From contig NC_043001.1 of the NCBI RefSeq assembly GCF_006345805.1, positions 112,468,001 through 112,532,000 of the forward strand: a DNA stretch of 64,000 nucleotides, written 5' to 3'. This document shows positions 1 to 13,292 of this stretch, one piece after another; the first letter of the stretch is position 1, and the number at the start of each line of letters is the position of its first letter. Source of the stretch: Octopus sinensis (lineage: Eukaryota). A program made the translations under genes and the position numbers. The notes beneath the pieces are model-generated. The model saw only the letters and a list, made by a program, of their open reading frames with translations. It made no database searches and was not told where the DNA came from.

Positions 1-1095
1 CTAACAAAGCATAAATGACTACGAATGTCATATCAAAAGTCCTTAACCAAACTGATTCAACATGGATATAGTGGTCTCTTTAACGTAACATGCTTGAAAG
101 AAAGTTTGTTTTTACTCATACACGCAAATACACACTAACACACATATATATACAAACACACATGCATGCATTTTATACACAAACAGAGTAACACATATGT
201 CTAAAATTATGCGAAAAAGTCTGCCTCGGTGTCTACGTGCACATAGACATATTTCTAATGTATGGGTGTAGATATATGTGAATGAATATAAAAAAAAGAA
301 CGAAGCAAGAAGACATGATACCCTTCAGAAATTATATTTGCATATGTCCTCTATGTCTCAAGGGCCGACAATTGAGAGGGAAAATAATAATAATTTAGAA
401 AAACGTATATCACAACTCTAAAATAACCCGAACAATATAGAAATATAAAAGAAACTAACAAACCAAACCTAACTATATAATATTACATGCATATAATATA
501 TATATATATATATATGCGTCTGACAAAATACGACGATATATCACGTGCTAGTTTTTACGGCGATCTTAAAGACATGTTTGGTGTAGGTTTGAATTCTTCA
601 GTAGCATAACCATAGGGTTGTGGTCTGGTTCCTGACATATATTCTTACCAAACACTTGAAGAACCCTTCAAACAGCATTGCTTTTGCGAACGAAAAAGGA
701 ATATATACATACGCACACATACATACATACATACATACATACATACATACATACATACATACATACATACATGAATGCATAAATACAAACATGCATACGT
801 ACATATATATGCATGCATTCATAAATGCATATATAAGCCATAAATACCCACTGCATATATGAACACTCACTCACACACATATTCACAAACACACACATAC
901 CATACGCAAACACACACACATATATACATGCATGCATGCACAAGCAAATACACTAAAAAATAAGCAGATATATAGATATATGCATGTGTTTCACCTTTAT
1001 AAATGGCAATGTCTATATGTATATATATTTATATATACATATACATATATGTATATACAAACACAAAGGGATACACAGACATGCACGCACACAAT

Positions 1096-1127
<32 letters not shown>

Positions 1128-1277
1128 CATGCACACAAACACACACATATATACACACATACCCTTCTATTTCACATACATTCAGATGTATTACATGGAA
1201 AAATATGAATGACAGGTGGACAGATACGTTTTATAATAGATCACGGATAACTACATACACATATATATATATATTAA

Positions 1278-1330
<53 letters not shown>

Positions 1331-2433
1331 GCATAGACATGCATACATGTAACTTGATGGTAGAGAATGGCAAAGTTCTTAGCAGAGAAGTATACGCGCA
1401 TACACATAAATATCTAGATACATATATACACACACAAGCACAAAGATTGACACGCGCAAGCTGTAGAGGATCCAAAATACATGAGACATATATACTTGCA
1501 TGCGCACACATACAGGTCTATAATATGTGTATATACACACGTGCATGCATACATAGATATATACTTTCATAAATGCGTATCTGTCTTTGTACGAATATAT
1601 ATGTGTCTCCTTTTGATTGTATGCGAGATGATATTTTGGGAGAGAAAGAAGAATGAGTAAGAAGTAGAGAAAAAGAGGACGGCAAAAGGACGAGAAAGAC
1701 CGATAGCGAGAAATATCAGAATGATTGACTTGGTTTGTTAAATCACTTCAATATCTTTCCCCTTTTCCTGTATCTGACCCCATTGCGAAAAGGAAAAAAA
1801 AAAGAGACATCAGCACATATCATCCTAAGGGAATGGAAATGTTCCTCAGTCAAATATATTCTGGTTTATGAGGGCCATGTCGAGTGGTAGACAATTTTAA
1901 TTCTCCTCGGGGTACCATAACTTCGAACACTTCTGTCGTCTGCTTTCAGTGAAATAGCAGCAGTGAGAGTTGAAATGAAAGGAGAGCGAGAGAGAAAAGT
2001 GAGAGGGTTATATATTAGAGAGAGTCAGAGTTTAGTGTGAGAGGGGAAAGTGAGATATATGAAATCTACCGTTACTCTGCCGATGATTCTGTGTGTATAT
2101 ATGAATGTATTTGTGTTTGTGTGTATATGAATGTTCGTGTGTCTCTGTTTGTATGGTCTAGGGTCATGTGGAAACAACTATGTTTCTGTGCTGGTACGTG
2201 CCTATGTATGTGCTGCTTTGTGTTTGTACTGCGCATGCGTATCGGTATGTGCATACATATAAAAGTTGGTATATGTATTTGCATGTATGTGCGCATGTAT
2301 GGATGCATATGTATGCAAATGAGAAAGTACGTGTATGTGTGTGCATGCTATGTGTAAGTATACGTTGACGTATGAGCCTACATGCACATTTATGAATTTC
2401 AACGCCGGTATATGATCTATATAATAGTATATA

Positions 2434-2467
<34 letters not shown>

Positions 2468-2759
2468 GTAATGAAAGAAGAAATTTAGGAAGATGGAAGG
2501 AAGATAGGCTAAACGGACGTGGAAAAGAAAAGCTGACGTATTAGAATGTAAGAAACTTGCATGTAGAAGAAAGGAAAAGAAACGGAAGCGAAGAGGTAGA
2601 TGTCGTGTGGTCGTAGTGTGAGGAGCAGGTGAAAGAGAGGCTCGCACACGCACATGCACAGAAATGCATGTCATAATTATATATCATATGTGTATAAAAT
2701 ATATATGCATGTATGTATGTATATATATCAAATTATAATATATATATATATATATCTAG

Positions 2760-2805
<46 letters not shown>

Positions 2806-3256
2806 ATACATGTATAATCATATATTACATATATATATGTGTGAGTGTGTGTGGGTGTGAGTGTGTGTGTGTGAGTGTGTGTGTGTGTATAGTTGTATAT
2901 TACATATGTATGTATGTGTGTATATATATATATGGAAGTGCAGAACACAGGTATTGTATTCAATGCTTTATACAACGCGAACACGAAATGGGGAACGCAA
3001 CGAGACCCGACCCTTGCATGGCATGATTTTTAGATCGGCAAGACTCTACACACACGGATACACACACACACACACACACGCACACACACACACACATTCA
3101 TATATCGTAGTCTTACATATTACTACTACTACTACTCTGCGTTGAGCCCCTTATTCTTCTTTTCTTTTTCTCTTCATCCCATTTATATCATTAAATTTCA
3201 TGGATATTATATACACAATTATGTATGTATATTCACTCATATATAATATATATATA

Positions 3257-3473
3257 TATTTCTTTACTACCCACAAGGGGCTAAACACAGAGGGGACAAA
3301 CAAGGACAAACAAAGGGATTAAGTTGATTACATCGACCCCAGTGCGTAACTGGTACTTAATTTATCGACTCCGAAAGAATGAAAGGCAAAGTCGACCTCG
3401 GCGGAATTTGAACTCGGAACGTAACGGCAGACGAAATACGGCTACGAATTTCGCCCGGCGTGCTAACGTTTCT
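3257..3473 (-). mobile_element. SINE family C copy (tRNA-like head, conserved central domain, LINE-like tail), head slightly truncated
   Basis: Reverse complement of the 16928-17160 copy (gtcgactttgcctttcat...aagtaccag...agccccttgtgggtagtaaagaaata); lies in (TA)n. Confidence 0.9.
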
Positions 3474-3919
3474 ACAGTTTGTGTGTGTGTGAGTGCGTGT
3501 GTATGTATCTTCACACACTCACACATGTATAAGTATATATATGTGTATTAATATATATATATATATATATATATAGATATATATATATATATATATATAC
3601 ATATATACATATATATATACATATATACATATATATCTATATATATAGATATATATATATATATATCACACACACGCACACACATACATAGTTGCCTAAG
3701 TGTATAGATTGGTTTCGCAATGTAGAAATACGTCGATCAATTTTAGAGCACGCGATTAGGATAGCAAAACTGGGGACAGATATGAATACGTAAGGCTTTA
3801 GTAGGATCGTGACACGGCAGTATGTTGTAGGGGTCAGCTGAATATTCAAACGGTAGGTAATAGATTTAGATAGGTACTGGAGAATAAAAGAGAGCATTAT
3901 ATATTATATACATATATAT

Positions 3920-4012
<93 letters not shown>

Positions 4013-4459
4013 AGGATAGCAAACTCGACTGAGAGAAAGAATGAATAGCCTGAGAAATACAAAAATACGGTGGAAAAATGAATTGGTGTTAAGGTAGGAT
4101 TCATTGAGAGATATATACGTACCTGTATTATGTGTGTGGTACGGGTGTGTGTGCGTATGTATGTTTATATACATATATATATATATATATAAATAATATA
4201 TATATATTATATATGTATATATAATATGTAATATATATATTATATATTATATATATATATATATTATATATATATATATGAATATATACATGCATACATA
4301 CACACGCGCACGCACACTACATACATATATATATATATAATATATATATATAACATGCACTCATACGTACATACTGACAGATAGACAGATAGAAGAGGGT
4401 GAAGAGCTGGACGGATGGATGGATTGACTGATTGATTGCGAAAACATAAATTTTATTAC

Positions 4460-4508
<49 letters not shown>

Positions 4509-4861
4509 ATGTCAACATACTACATACACCACACACACACACAAACACACATATATGTACATGCATATGCATGTGTACATACGTACGTTTGTGTATACAC
4601 ATGTGAATGTAGAAAAGCAGATTCATACAGAAATTGAAACATAAATGTCTTACAGTCAACTAAAGAAGTATTATCTTTCTATCATAGGCATACTGTGTGA
4701 AATTCAGTGGAACCTGTTTGGTCGATCATATCGATCTTAGTGCTACACCTGTGCTAATTTTATCGACCTCGAAAAGACTAAAGGCCAGGTCAACCTTGGC
4801 GGGACTTGAACTGAGAACGTTTAAAAGCCAGACGAAACGCTCTTAAGCATTTTGTCTGAGA

Positions 4862-5084
4862 TTCTTTCTTTTATTCTTTTACTTCTTTCAGACATTTGAC
4901 TGCGGTCATAATGGAGCACCGCCTTTAGTCGAACAAACAGACCCCATGCATTATTCTTTGTAAGCCTGGTACTTATTCTATCGATCTATGTTGCCGAACC
5001 GCTAAGTTACGGAGACGTAAAAACACCAACAATCTGATGTCAATCGATGGTGGTGGATAAACACACACACACACATATATATAA

Positions 5085-5139
<55 letters not shown>

Positions 5140-5607
5140 TATATTATATATATATATATACGAGAAAAACGCCCTCCGTCCAATGGATGGTGCTGAGTTG
5201 TCAAACATTTAAACCAATTTTCTCAAAACAATTGTCCGACCGTCCTATAGGCCTCCCCTTTGAGAAACACTGATTTAGCTTAAATTTGAAACACCTGCAA
5301 AAGAAGAAATAAAGACAGACTTTTTTCTATTCCGAGAAAAACGATTTTACAAATACACGTTCTCATCGATCGCATTCTCACCTGGAATCGATTTTTGTAA
5401 CTTTTTCAAGATTTTTATACGGTATCTATATATCATATTTGAGCGCAATCGGATGGGGGATGCCCGAGATTCTAGAAGACGCACACACAGACAGACAGAC
5501 CGGATTTTATATAATAGATATACATACACAAATGCGACAGGCTTCTTTCAGGTTCTATCGACCAAATCCACTCACAAGGCTTTGGTCAGTCCGAGGCTAT
5601 AGTAGAC
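4862..5607 (-). mobile_element. SINE family B copy, 5'-truncated, interrupted in its internal microsatellite by a Helitron
   Basis: 3' half at 4862-5060 (catttgactgcggtcataatggagcaccgcctttagtcg) and 5' part at 5534-5607 (cgacaggcttctttcag...ccactcacaaggctttggtc). Confidence 0.8.
5161..5518 (-). mobile_element. Non-autonomous Helitron (about 360 bp)
   Basis: Minus strand starts A|TCtattatataaaa followed by (GTCT)n. It ends with hairpin ccatcca-t-tggacgg, an 11-nt spacer, then CTCG|T (CTAG variant). Inserted at A|T with no TSD. Confidence 0.75.
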
Positions 5608-5798
5608 ATGTTAACGTTTCTGCCAGTTGACTGCTTTAAGTAAACAAGGATAACAACAACTCGTTGGTTTACTTGCCTGAAATACTCAACAAATTTTTTT
5701 TTGTTGATTTTAAAAAAAATATATTTTACTGCATTTTATTTGCTGGAATGTTCTCTAAAAATGTAATTTTCTATTGTTTCATGTCTGAAGTTGTGAAT

Positions 5799-6126
5799 GG
5801 ATGGAAGCACTCCGTCGGTTACGACGATGAGGGTTCCGGTTGATCCGAATCAACGGAACAGCCTGCTCGTGAAATTAACGTGTAAGTGGCTGAGCACTCC
5901 ACAGACACGTGCTCCCTTAACGTAGTTCTCGGGGATATTCAGCGTGACACAGAGAGTGACAAGGCCGGCCCTTTCAAATACAGGTACAACAGAAACAGGA
6001 AGTAAGAGTGAGAGAAAGTTGTGGTGAAAGAGTACAGCAGGGATCACCACCATCCCCTGCCGGAGCCTCGTGGAGCTTTTAGGTGTTTTCGCTCAATAAA
6101 CACTCACAACGCCCGGTCTGGAAATC
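5799..6126 (-). mobile_element. SINE family A copy, 5'-truncated
   Basis: Near-identical to other A copies; 12-bp TSD gaagttgtgaat at 5787-5798 and 6127-6138. Confidence 0.93.
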
Positions 6127-6842
6127 GAAGTTGTGAATACAACTCTTGCAGAGACGGGTAAACCCTAATAGAAGAGAAAGAGCACCCAACTGCAATGGCA
6201 GTAATAGCTGAAATCTAAAACGTGACATAGAAAGTTAATGAGAGACAGACGTTTGCGGCACATTGTATTAAGACATATCTCTGTTGCGCTCGCTTGAGAA
6301 ATCTACAGAATTCTCGCTGACTTTCATTCTCATTTCTTTTACCTTACTCCTCACTCAGTTCTTAGTATCACGATTTCCGCAGAATGATCCAGAAAATTGT
6401 GTCGATCTGGTTAAGTTGATTGTCAGCTTTTGTTAAGATGGTAGCTAAGAGTGTTGAGTTTGATTTGAGGAATGCTTGGCGGCTATTTCTTTTTGGTAGT
6501 ATGACATGATAATGTAAAGGGTTCCTTGTTGGTTTGGTAAATGTTCTATATTATTGAAATTGTGAAAAATGGTTCATTGAGAATCGGTATTTACAACTGG
6601 TTAAGAAATATTCGTTACAAGATCGAGCCGTATCAGATAGCGGTCCTTTTACGTGATCACTCAAACTGCTAAAAACAAGAGAACCAAAAATATATGAAAC
6701 TACATCTCTGCATCCCAAACAAAGACACGCATTCTGCATGATATAAAATTATAGAAACCTAAAATTTGGATGGTTATGGTCGGAATGCTTGCGTTTATAG
6801 GTCAGCTCGGTCAGTATTGGCCTACAATTAAACAATAACAAC

Positions 6843-7002
6843 ACCGACAACAATTACAACAAATACTCATTTCAATGTAGGACAGAAAGGGAAGCTTCTA
6901 TGCCGTTACTCAGTCAGATGAAACCGACAACAATTACAACAAATACTCATTTCAATGTAGGACAGAAAGGGAAGCTTCTATGCCGTTACTCAGTCAGATG
7001 AA
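6843..7002. repeat. Perfect 80-bp tandem duplication
   Basis: accgacaacaattac...cagtcagatgaa occurs at 6843-6922 and 6923-7002. Confidence 0.95.
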
Positions 7003-7045
7003 ACATCCATCAAATCTCAGAAAATGAGACATGATTATCAAGAAT

Positions 7046-7435
7046 TGGATTGGATGCACTCCGTCGGTTACGACGACGAGGGTTCCGGTTGATCCGAATC
7101 AACGGAACAGCCTGCTCGTGAAATTAACGTGTAAGTGGCTGAGCACTCCACAGACACGTGTACCCTTAACGTAGTTCTCGAGGAGATTCAGCGTGACACA
7201 GAGTGTGACAAGGCCGGCCCTTTGAAATACAGGTACAAAAGAAACAGGAAGTAAGAGTGAGAGAAAGTTGTGGTGAAAGAGTACAGCAGGGATCACCACC
7301 ACTCCCTGAAGGAGCCTTGTGAAGCTTTAGGTGTTTTCGCTCAATAAACACTCACAATGCCCGGTCTGGGAAACGAAACCGGGATCCTACGACCGCGTGT
7401 CCGCTGCCCTAACCACTGGGCCATTGCGCCTCCAC
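7046..7435 (-). mobile_element. SINE family A, full length
   Basis: tRNA-like head with A box tggcccagtgg and B-box-like ggtttcg; 13-bp TSD gattatcaagaat at 7033-7045 and 7436-7448. Confidence 0.93.
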
Positions 7436-7714
7436 GATTATCAAGAATAACGTAGCTCTGAAGATAATATCACTTTAAAAAGACGTGAAGGTCATGATTA
7501 GAACGTCTCAGATTATAGGTCTGCTCCTTGAATACTAACCAAGAACAAAGCAATAAGATAGTGCCTCCATAGCTATACCTCCTGCTTACCCACTGTACAG
7601 ACTGTTTGGTTAAATCTTCTAATTTCGCAGCCAATTTTCTAGTGATTAGTAAATTTCCGGTTCAGTATAAAAGGATTCCTAACATTAGCAGAAGACCATA
7701 TATTTTTATGGGTA

Positions 7715-7880
7715 AGGGTTTGTAAGGTATTAGATTGACTCCAGTACTTGACTGGTACTAATTTTAATGAGTCTGGAAAGCCGACCTTTGTGGCATTTAA
7801 ACTGAAACCTAAAAGGAGGTAATTAAAAACGCCGAAGGCATTTTGTCATGGGGGCTCCTTTACCGATTCTACCATCCGCC
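7715..7880 (-). mobile_element. Decayed SINE C-like copy
   Basis: gattgactccagtacttgactggtactaatttt...gccgacctttgtggcatttaaact...gcattttgtc...ttaccgattctaccatc. Confidence 0.55.
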
Positions 7881-8739
7881 CCAGTCCCTTGTAGTTCATA
7901 TAAATTACAGAATATTCTCTGCCTGCTGATATAATCAGGTTTTACGTAATACTGGACAACCCGAGATAATGTAGTTGATTGGCTCTTTACGATGTCCGCA
8001 GAGTCGCCAATTATTGTAATTCTTGTGTTATTTATGGTTTGGGTTTCTGGTCATCACACGAAGTCATTCTTTCATAGTAGGAAGCAGACATTTCATGCTC
8101 ACGTGCTTACTACTCTCCTACTATTGGAACTATTTTAATCTCGGCTATGAGAGCTTGATCCGAGATATTTATTTATTCTAACTGATCGAAATTCTCTGAT
8201 AAGAATCTAAATAATCTACTGGACATAGAAAAATATCATCCAGCATCAACGAGTGATTATAAATTTAACTGTTAATTTTACCTTCTTTAGTTCAACCGCT
8301 ATTTTCATTTTGGTTTTTTTTTATATCTTTTTATGTATTTCTTCTTTCTTTTCTGAAGATTGTCTTTTGCCTCCATTCCTACCTCGTCTGCTTCGACACA
8401 ATTGTGCTATAAACGCATTTCTTTAACTCTATAGTTCTTTAACAAATTATAGTAAACTGTTTTTAATATTGTTTGTGTTTTATCACCTAAAATGCAAGTG
8501 CCATGCGGATATTCATAACCTCAACAGTAAAATATTTCCCCTGCATGTATTAAATATAACGGGTATATGCGTGAGTAGTATAAATGACTTCCACCTCTAC
8601 GATATAATTGATTTAGTTTCAACGAACAGAAACAAAATAAAAAAAAAGGAAGAAGCAAAAAGAAAAGCAAAAAGGACTAAAAAGAGAAGAAAGAGGAATG
8701 CAAAGAGAGATGCCTAAAATAATATTGGAAATGGACATA

Positions 8740-9147
8740 GGCGCAGAAGTGGCTGTGTGGTAAGTAGCTTGCTAACCAACCACATGGTTCCGGGTTCAGT
8801 TCCAATGCGTGGCATCTTGGGCAAGTGTCTTCTGCTATAGCCCCGGGCCGACCAATGCCTTGTGAGTGGATTTGGTAGACGGAAACTGAAAGAAGCCTGT
8901 CGTATATCTGTATTATATATATATGTATGGTGTTTGTTGTTGTTGTGTCTGGTTGTCCGCCTAGCATTGCTTGACAACCGATGCTGGTGTGTTTACGTCC
9001 CCGCCACCTAGCGGTTCGGCAAAAGAGACCGATAGAATAAGTACTGGGTTTACAAAGAATAAGTCCCGGGGTCGATTTGCTCGACTAAAGGCGGTGCTCC
9101 AGCATGGCCGCAGTCAAATGACTGAAACAAATAAAAGAGTAAAAGAG
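8740..9147 (+). mobile_element. SINE family B, full length (tRNA head, CORE-like ttgggcaagtg segment, internal microsatellite, repeated (gtaaaaga) tail)
   Basis: ggcgcagaagtggctgtgtggtaag ... aaggcggtgctccagcatggccgcagtcaaatgactgaaacaa; matches several other copies in the window. Confidence 0.92.
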
Positions 9148-9194
9148 TATATGAATAAATTAATAGGCCAAAATTTTCACTTAAGATAGCATAA

Positions 9195-9970
9195 TTCTCT
9201 CCCACTTTTCAGCAATTTCCCATAAGTCAACACTTTCTTCACTACCTTCATATTCCTTTTCAAGTATAACTTGAAAAATTCAATGTGGACTTGGTCAAAG
9301 AGAAAGGTTTTACTTTCAGCTCTTTCAATTTGGTCTACTACACAACTGTTTTCGCTACGGTCACTAGACAGTTTAATACTGCCTGTCTTCCACAGCCAAA
9401 GGTAGACAGCAGAAATATCTTTACAATGTGCTCGACAGATAGCTGGATTCGTTCTACCCGAAACATCTGGCGTTCGACATAAATCCACAAGTCAGCAATG
9501 CTCGGGCACTGGACAGTTTCATCGCCTTGGTCGCATCATGACACTTCCATGCCTGTAGAGTTTGTCTCGGACCGACAATGTCCCCTGGTAGCAGTGACAA
9601 GCCAGAAATTTCTGGTAATTATTCATTAGCCCAGTTTCCCAGCACAGACCGGCCAGGTGGTCCTCATTGACGTCCAAAATCTCCACGAAATTGTCGTCAC
9701 TCTAGCGCTCCACTAAGCCCCTATAGAACACTAAAGTTGAAATTTTACCAACCACATTGCACAACTGCCAGAGGGCTGTGAGCGGCTGACGCTACACCAG
9801 GTGACAGGCGCTCTGCCTTGGACTAAGCTTGATCCAGAAATGCAGCTTAGTCATAGCGATGAGCCACGGAAAGCAAGTCTAACAGTGACCACAAATGCTT
9901 ATCGTCAAAGAAATGCTGATGGTACAACCACAGTGAACGTCTGTCTATCAACGTGCGTGAAAAGGGGATG
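9195..9970 (-). mobile_element. Decayed L1/Tx1-clade LINE ORF2 C-terminal fragment
   Basis: Frameshifted minus-strand peptides YQGTLSVRDKLYRHG...VQCPSIADLWIYVERQM...IEFFKLYLKRNMKV; the last aligns with IDFFKFPLKRKVQV of the Tx1 copy at 59153-59341. Confidence 0.72.
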
Positions 9971-10325
9971 TATTCGATTATACACATTCCAGAATGTGCC
10001 CGGTACTTTATTTTATCAACCTAGAATGGTGGAAAGTATAATTGATCTCAGCAGGATTCGAACCCAAAAAGCAAAGGGCTGGAACAAATATTACTATTTT
10101 TCCAACGTTCTACTTCTTATACTAATATTGGTTTTTAAATAAGCCACGGGATGTGGGTACGTTTTGGAGGAAGATGCAGACTGCATTACGTGCTTGTTAC
10201 TCCTTATCGACAACAGAAGATTGAAAGAAAAACCCGTGGAATTTTGAACTCTGAAAGTAAAACAACGTAAAACAAGCTACTTTGACTTTCATGTCACCAA
10301 TTTTATATGCTATTTTTATTATACC

Positions 10326-10557
10326 TATTTCTTTATTACCCACAAGGGGCTAAACACAGAGGGGACAAACAAGGACAGACATAAGTATTAAGTCGATTAC
10401 ATCGACCCCAGTGCGTAACTGGTACTTAATTTATCGACCCCGAAAGGATGAAAGGCAAAGTCGACCTCGGTGGAATTCGAACTCACAACGTAACGCAGAC
10501 GAAATACCGCTAAGCATTTCGCCCGGCGTGCTAACCATTCTGCCAGCTCGCCGCCTT
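10326..10557 (-). mobile_element. SINE family C, full length
   Basis: Full head aaggcggcgagctggcag; flanked by repeated ttttattatacctat (TSD overlapping the tail). Confidence 0.92.
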
Positions 10558-10611
10558 TTATTATACCTATATACTTTTATTATACCTATATATTATACCT
10601 CTATTATAATA

Positions 10612-10807
10612 ATAGTTTCAAATTTTGGCACAGGTGCAACGGTTTTTTCACGGGGGGGGGGGTAAGCTGATTGCAACGACCCCAGTACTTGAAGTGTACT
10701 TATTTTATCAGCCCCGAAAGGAATTTGAGCTCAGAACATAAAAACAGACGAAATGCCGCTAAACATTGTGTTCGGTACGTTGCTGATTCTACCATGTCGC
10801 CGCCTTA
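10612..10807 (-). mobile_element. Older SINE C-related subfamily copy with a different tail (gtgccaaaatttgaaac)
   Basis: gacgaaatgccgctaaacattg...gattctaccatgtcgccgcctt head; shared central domain. Confidence 0.7.
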
Positions 10808-11349
10808 AGCCAATGATCTTAATAACGATCTCTAAAATTAGCCCGTAAACTACAAAGCAGGCAGAGGTGGTGCAGTTCATTTAGTTAAACTGCACTATAT
10901 TACTGCTCATTTATTTCATCAACGCTAAATTAAGGAATGACTAAGTGGAGCCTGCTCGAGATTTTTCACTTATTTTTGTAATTAGATTTCTTACTTTGAT
11001 AAAAGGACACACATTTAGTTCTGGTGTTGATGATTGTGGTGAGGGGTGTTGTGTTGTTGGTCAAGATGGCTTTGTTTATTGTAAGCTTCAATGAAGTGCT
11101 GGTGTTCTAATATTTTACGTTGGTAGTGGTGCTTGTGGTCCAGATAGTGCTTTAGTGTTTTAGTAAAGTATCGTTAAGTCGCTCACAGCCTTCTGTTAGT
11201 TGTATTAGCCGTTGTGCTGTTGAAAACACGTTAGTGTTATTAATTGTTAGTCTTGTAATGTTGATAGGTGTAGTTCGCAAAGTGTTGTAATAGCGTTTGC
11301 TTCATTAGGGCTGTTATTTGCTGATGTTTGCGCTGTGAGTATTGGAGAT

Positions 11350-11741
11350 GGGGGAAAGGAAGCACTCCGTCGGTTACGACGACGAGGGTTCCGGTTGATC
11401 CGATCAACGGAACAGCCTGCTCGTGAAATTAACGTGTAAGTGGCTGAGCACTCCACAGAAACGTGTACCCTTACCGTAGTTCTCGGGGATATTCAGCGTG
11501 ACACAGAGAGGGACAAGGCCTGCCCTTTGAAATACAGGTACAACAGAAACAGGAAGTAAGAGTGAGAGAAAGTTGTGGTGAAAGAGTACAGCAGGGATCA
11601 CCACCATCCCCTGCCGGAGCCTTGTGGAGCTTTTAGGTGTTTTCGCTCAATAAACACTCACAACTCCCGGTCTGGGAATCGAAACCGCGATCCTACGACC
11701 GCGAGTCCGCTGCCCTAACCACTGGGCCATTGCGCCTCCAC
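11350..11741 (-). mobile_element. SINE family A, full length
   Basis: 10-bp TSD tattggagat at 11340-11349 and 11742-11751. Confidence 0.93.
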
Positions 11742-11994
11742 TATTGGAGATAACTTCAGTGGTCGTAGTATCTCTAGCAGTAGCAGTAGTGATATAGAGC
11801 GTGATGTTGATGGTTCAGGTGGTGGTGGTGGTGGTGGTGGTCGGCGTCGTCTTTGCGCTTCACGTATAATATTGGAGGAGGTGGTAGAAGTGGTTGAAGT
11901 GACAACGCTGCTGATGTTCTTTGAGATGATGGAGTGGTGGTGGTGGTGGTGGTGGTAGTAGTGATTTTGGTGGTATAAGCTATTATTGGGGTGT

Positions 11995-12380
11995 GTGGAG
12001 GCGCAATGGCCCAGTGGTTAGGGCAGCGAACTCGCGGTCATAGGATCGCGGTTTCGATTCCCAGACGGGCGTTGTGAGGTTTATTGAGCGAAAACACCTA
12101 AAAGCTCCACGAGGCTCCGGCAGGGGATGGTGGTGATCCCTGCTGTACTCTTTCGCCACAAACTTTCTCTCACTCTTACTTCCTGTTTCTGTTTACCTGT
12201 ATTTCAAAGGGCCGGCCTTGTCCCTCTCTGTGTCACGCTGAATATCCCCGAGAACTACGTTAAGGGTACACGTGTCTGTGGAGTGCTCAGCCACTTACAC
12301 GTTAATTTCACGAGCAGGCTGTTCCGTTGATTCGGATCAACCGGAACCCTCGCCGTCGTAACCGACGGAGTGCTTCCATA
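11995..12380 (+). mobile_element. SINE family A, full length
   Basis: gtggaggcgcaatggcccagtggttagggc ... gtaaccgacggagtgcttcca; short TSD ggggtgt. Confidence 0.93.
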
Positions 12381-13037
12381 GGGGTGTGGTGATGTAATCG
12401 GAAATATGATATTACTGGTGGTATTGGTTACAATGATGTTGACTCTACATTACGTATTGGCCGCAGACATCGTGGTATTAGTCTTAGTAGTGTAACTAAA
12501 AAAAAGTTCTACATTTGGTGGCCATAATAATGCTGATAGTATAGAGTCATACTGCTAGTGTTGTTTGTGGTGGTGTTGTAGACCTGGTGAAGGTGTTAGT
12601 GTTGAAAATAAAGCTAAATTTTAAAACAAAGTAAAACAATAGAAAGCACCAGAAGAAAAAGCAACATAATACAGAAAAGTTGCAAAAATATTTTCGGCAA
12701 GCAGCTCAGTAGCGCCACCTGTCATTGAACGATGACTGGAATATCATAAGAGAGACCTGTATCTCATGTCAGTTGCAGGATCAGGCTTTCCAGTGTCTTT
12801 TGCTGAAGCGGAGATAAACCACTCCGAAATGCATTCTCTAACAGTATTTCCTGACAAAATACAGGGAATGGTTTTCTTGAGGGTGCGAATATGCTTCGAG
12901 CACATTGGAACCGAGCGCTGACACCCCCTATTATAAGTAACGGTTAAATTACAACGTTTGCAATCGGATGAGCGTATGTATGCGTGTATCGTATGTGGTT
13001 ATATATGTGGATGTGTGGATATATACATACATATATA

Positions 13038-13068
<31 letters not shown>

Positions 13069-13103
13069 ATATATATATACATATATATATTATATATAAT
13101 AAT

Positions 13104-13139
<36 letters not shown>

Positions 13140-13168
13140 ATATATATATATATATATACACATACATA

Positions 13169-13211
<43 letters not shown>

Positions 13212-13231
13212 TAGATAGATGATAGATAGAT

Positions 13232-13254
13232 AGACAAGGTTGGAATTCCTTTTA

Positions 13255-13292
<38 letters not shown>

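Larger units (their letters stand above)
4672..5638 (-). mobile_element. Old SINE C-like copy split in two (4672-4860 and 5608-5638) by nested insertions
   Basis: aagcattttgtctgag (to 4860) resumes as atgttaacgtttctgccagttgactgcttt (5608-), matching contiguous family C sequence aagcatttcgcccggcgtgctaaccattctgccagctcgccgcctt. Confidence 0.7.

Noticed and set aside
545-612. Minus-strand tgcta-CTGAAGA...tagca as a hammerhead
   Set aside because: Stem I is possible but GAAA and NUH are missing; too degenerate to call.
5850-6053. Recurrent 67-aa ORF MVVIPAVLFHHNFLSLLLPV... (also 7099, 11404, 12127, 45041, 46754)
   Set aside because: Lies inside SINE family A; recurrence reflects copy number, and frameshifted or deleted variants show no coding constraint.
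11995-12065. tRNA-like sequence at SINE heads
   Set aside because: Continues into the SINE body with TSDs and no proper acceptor stem; not a tRNA gene.
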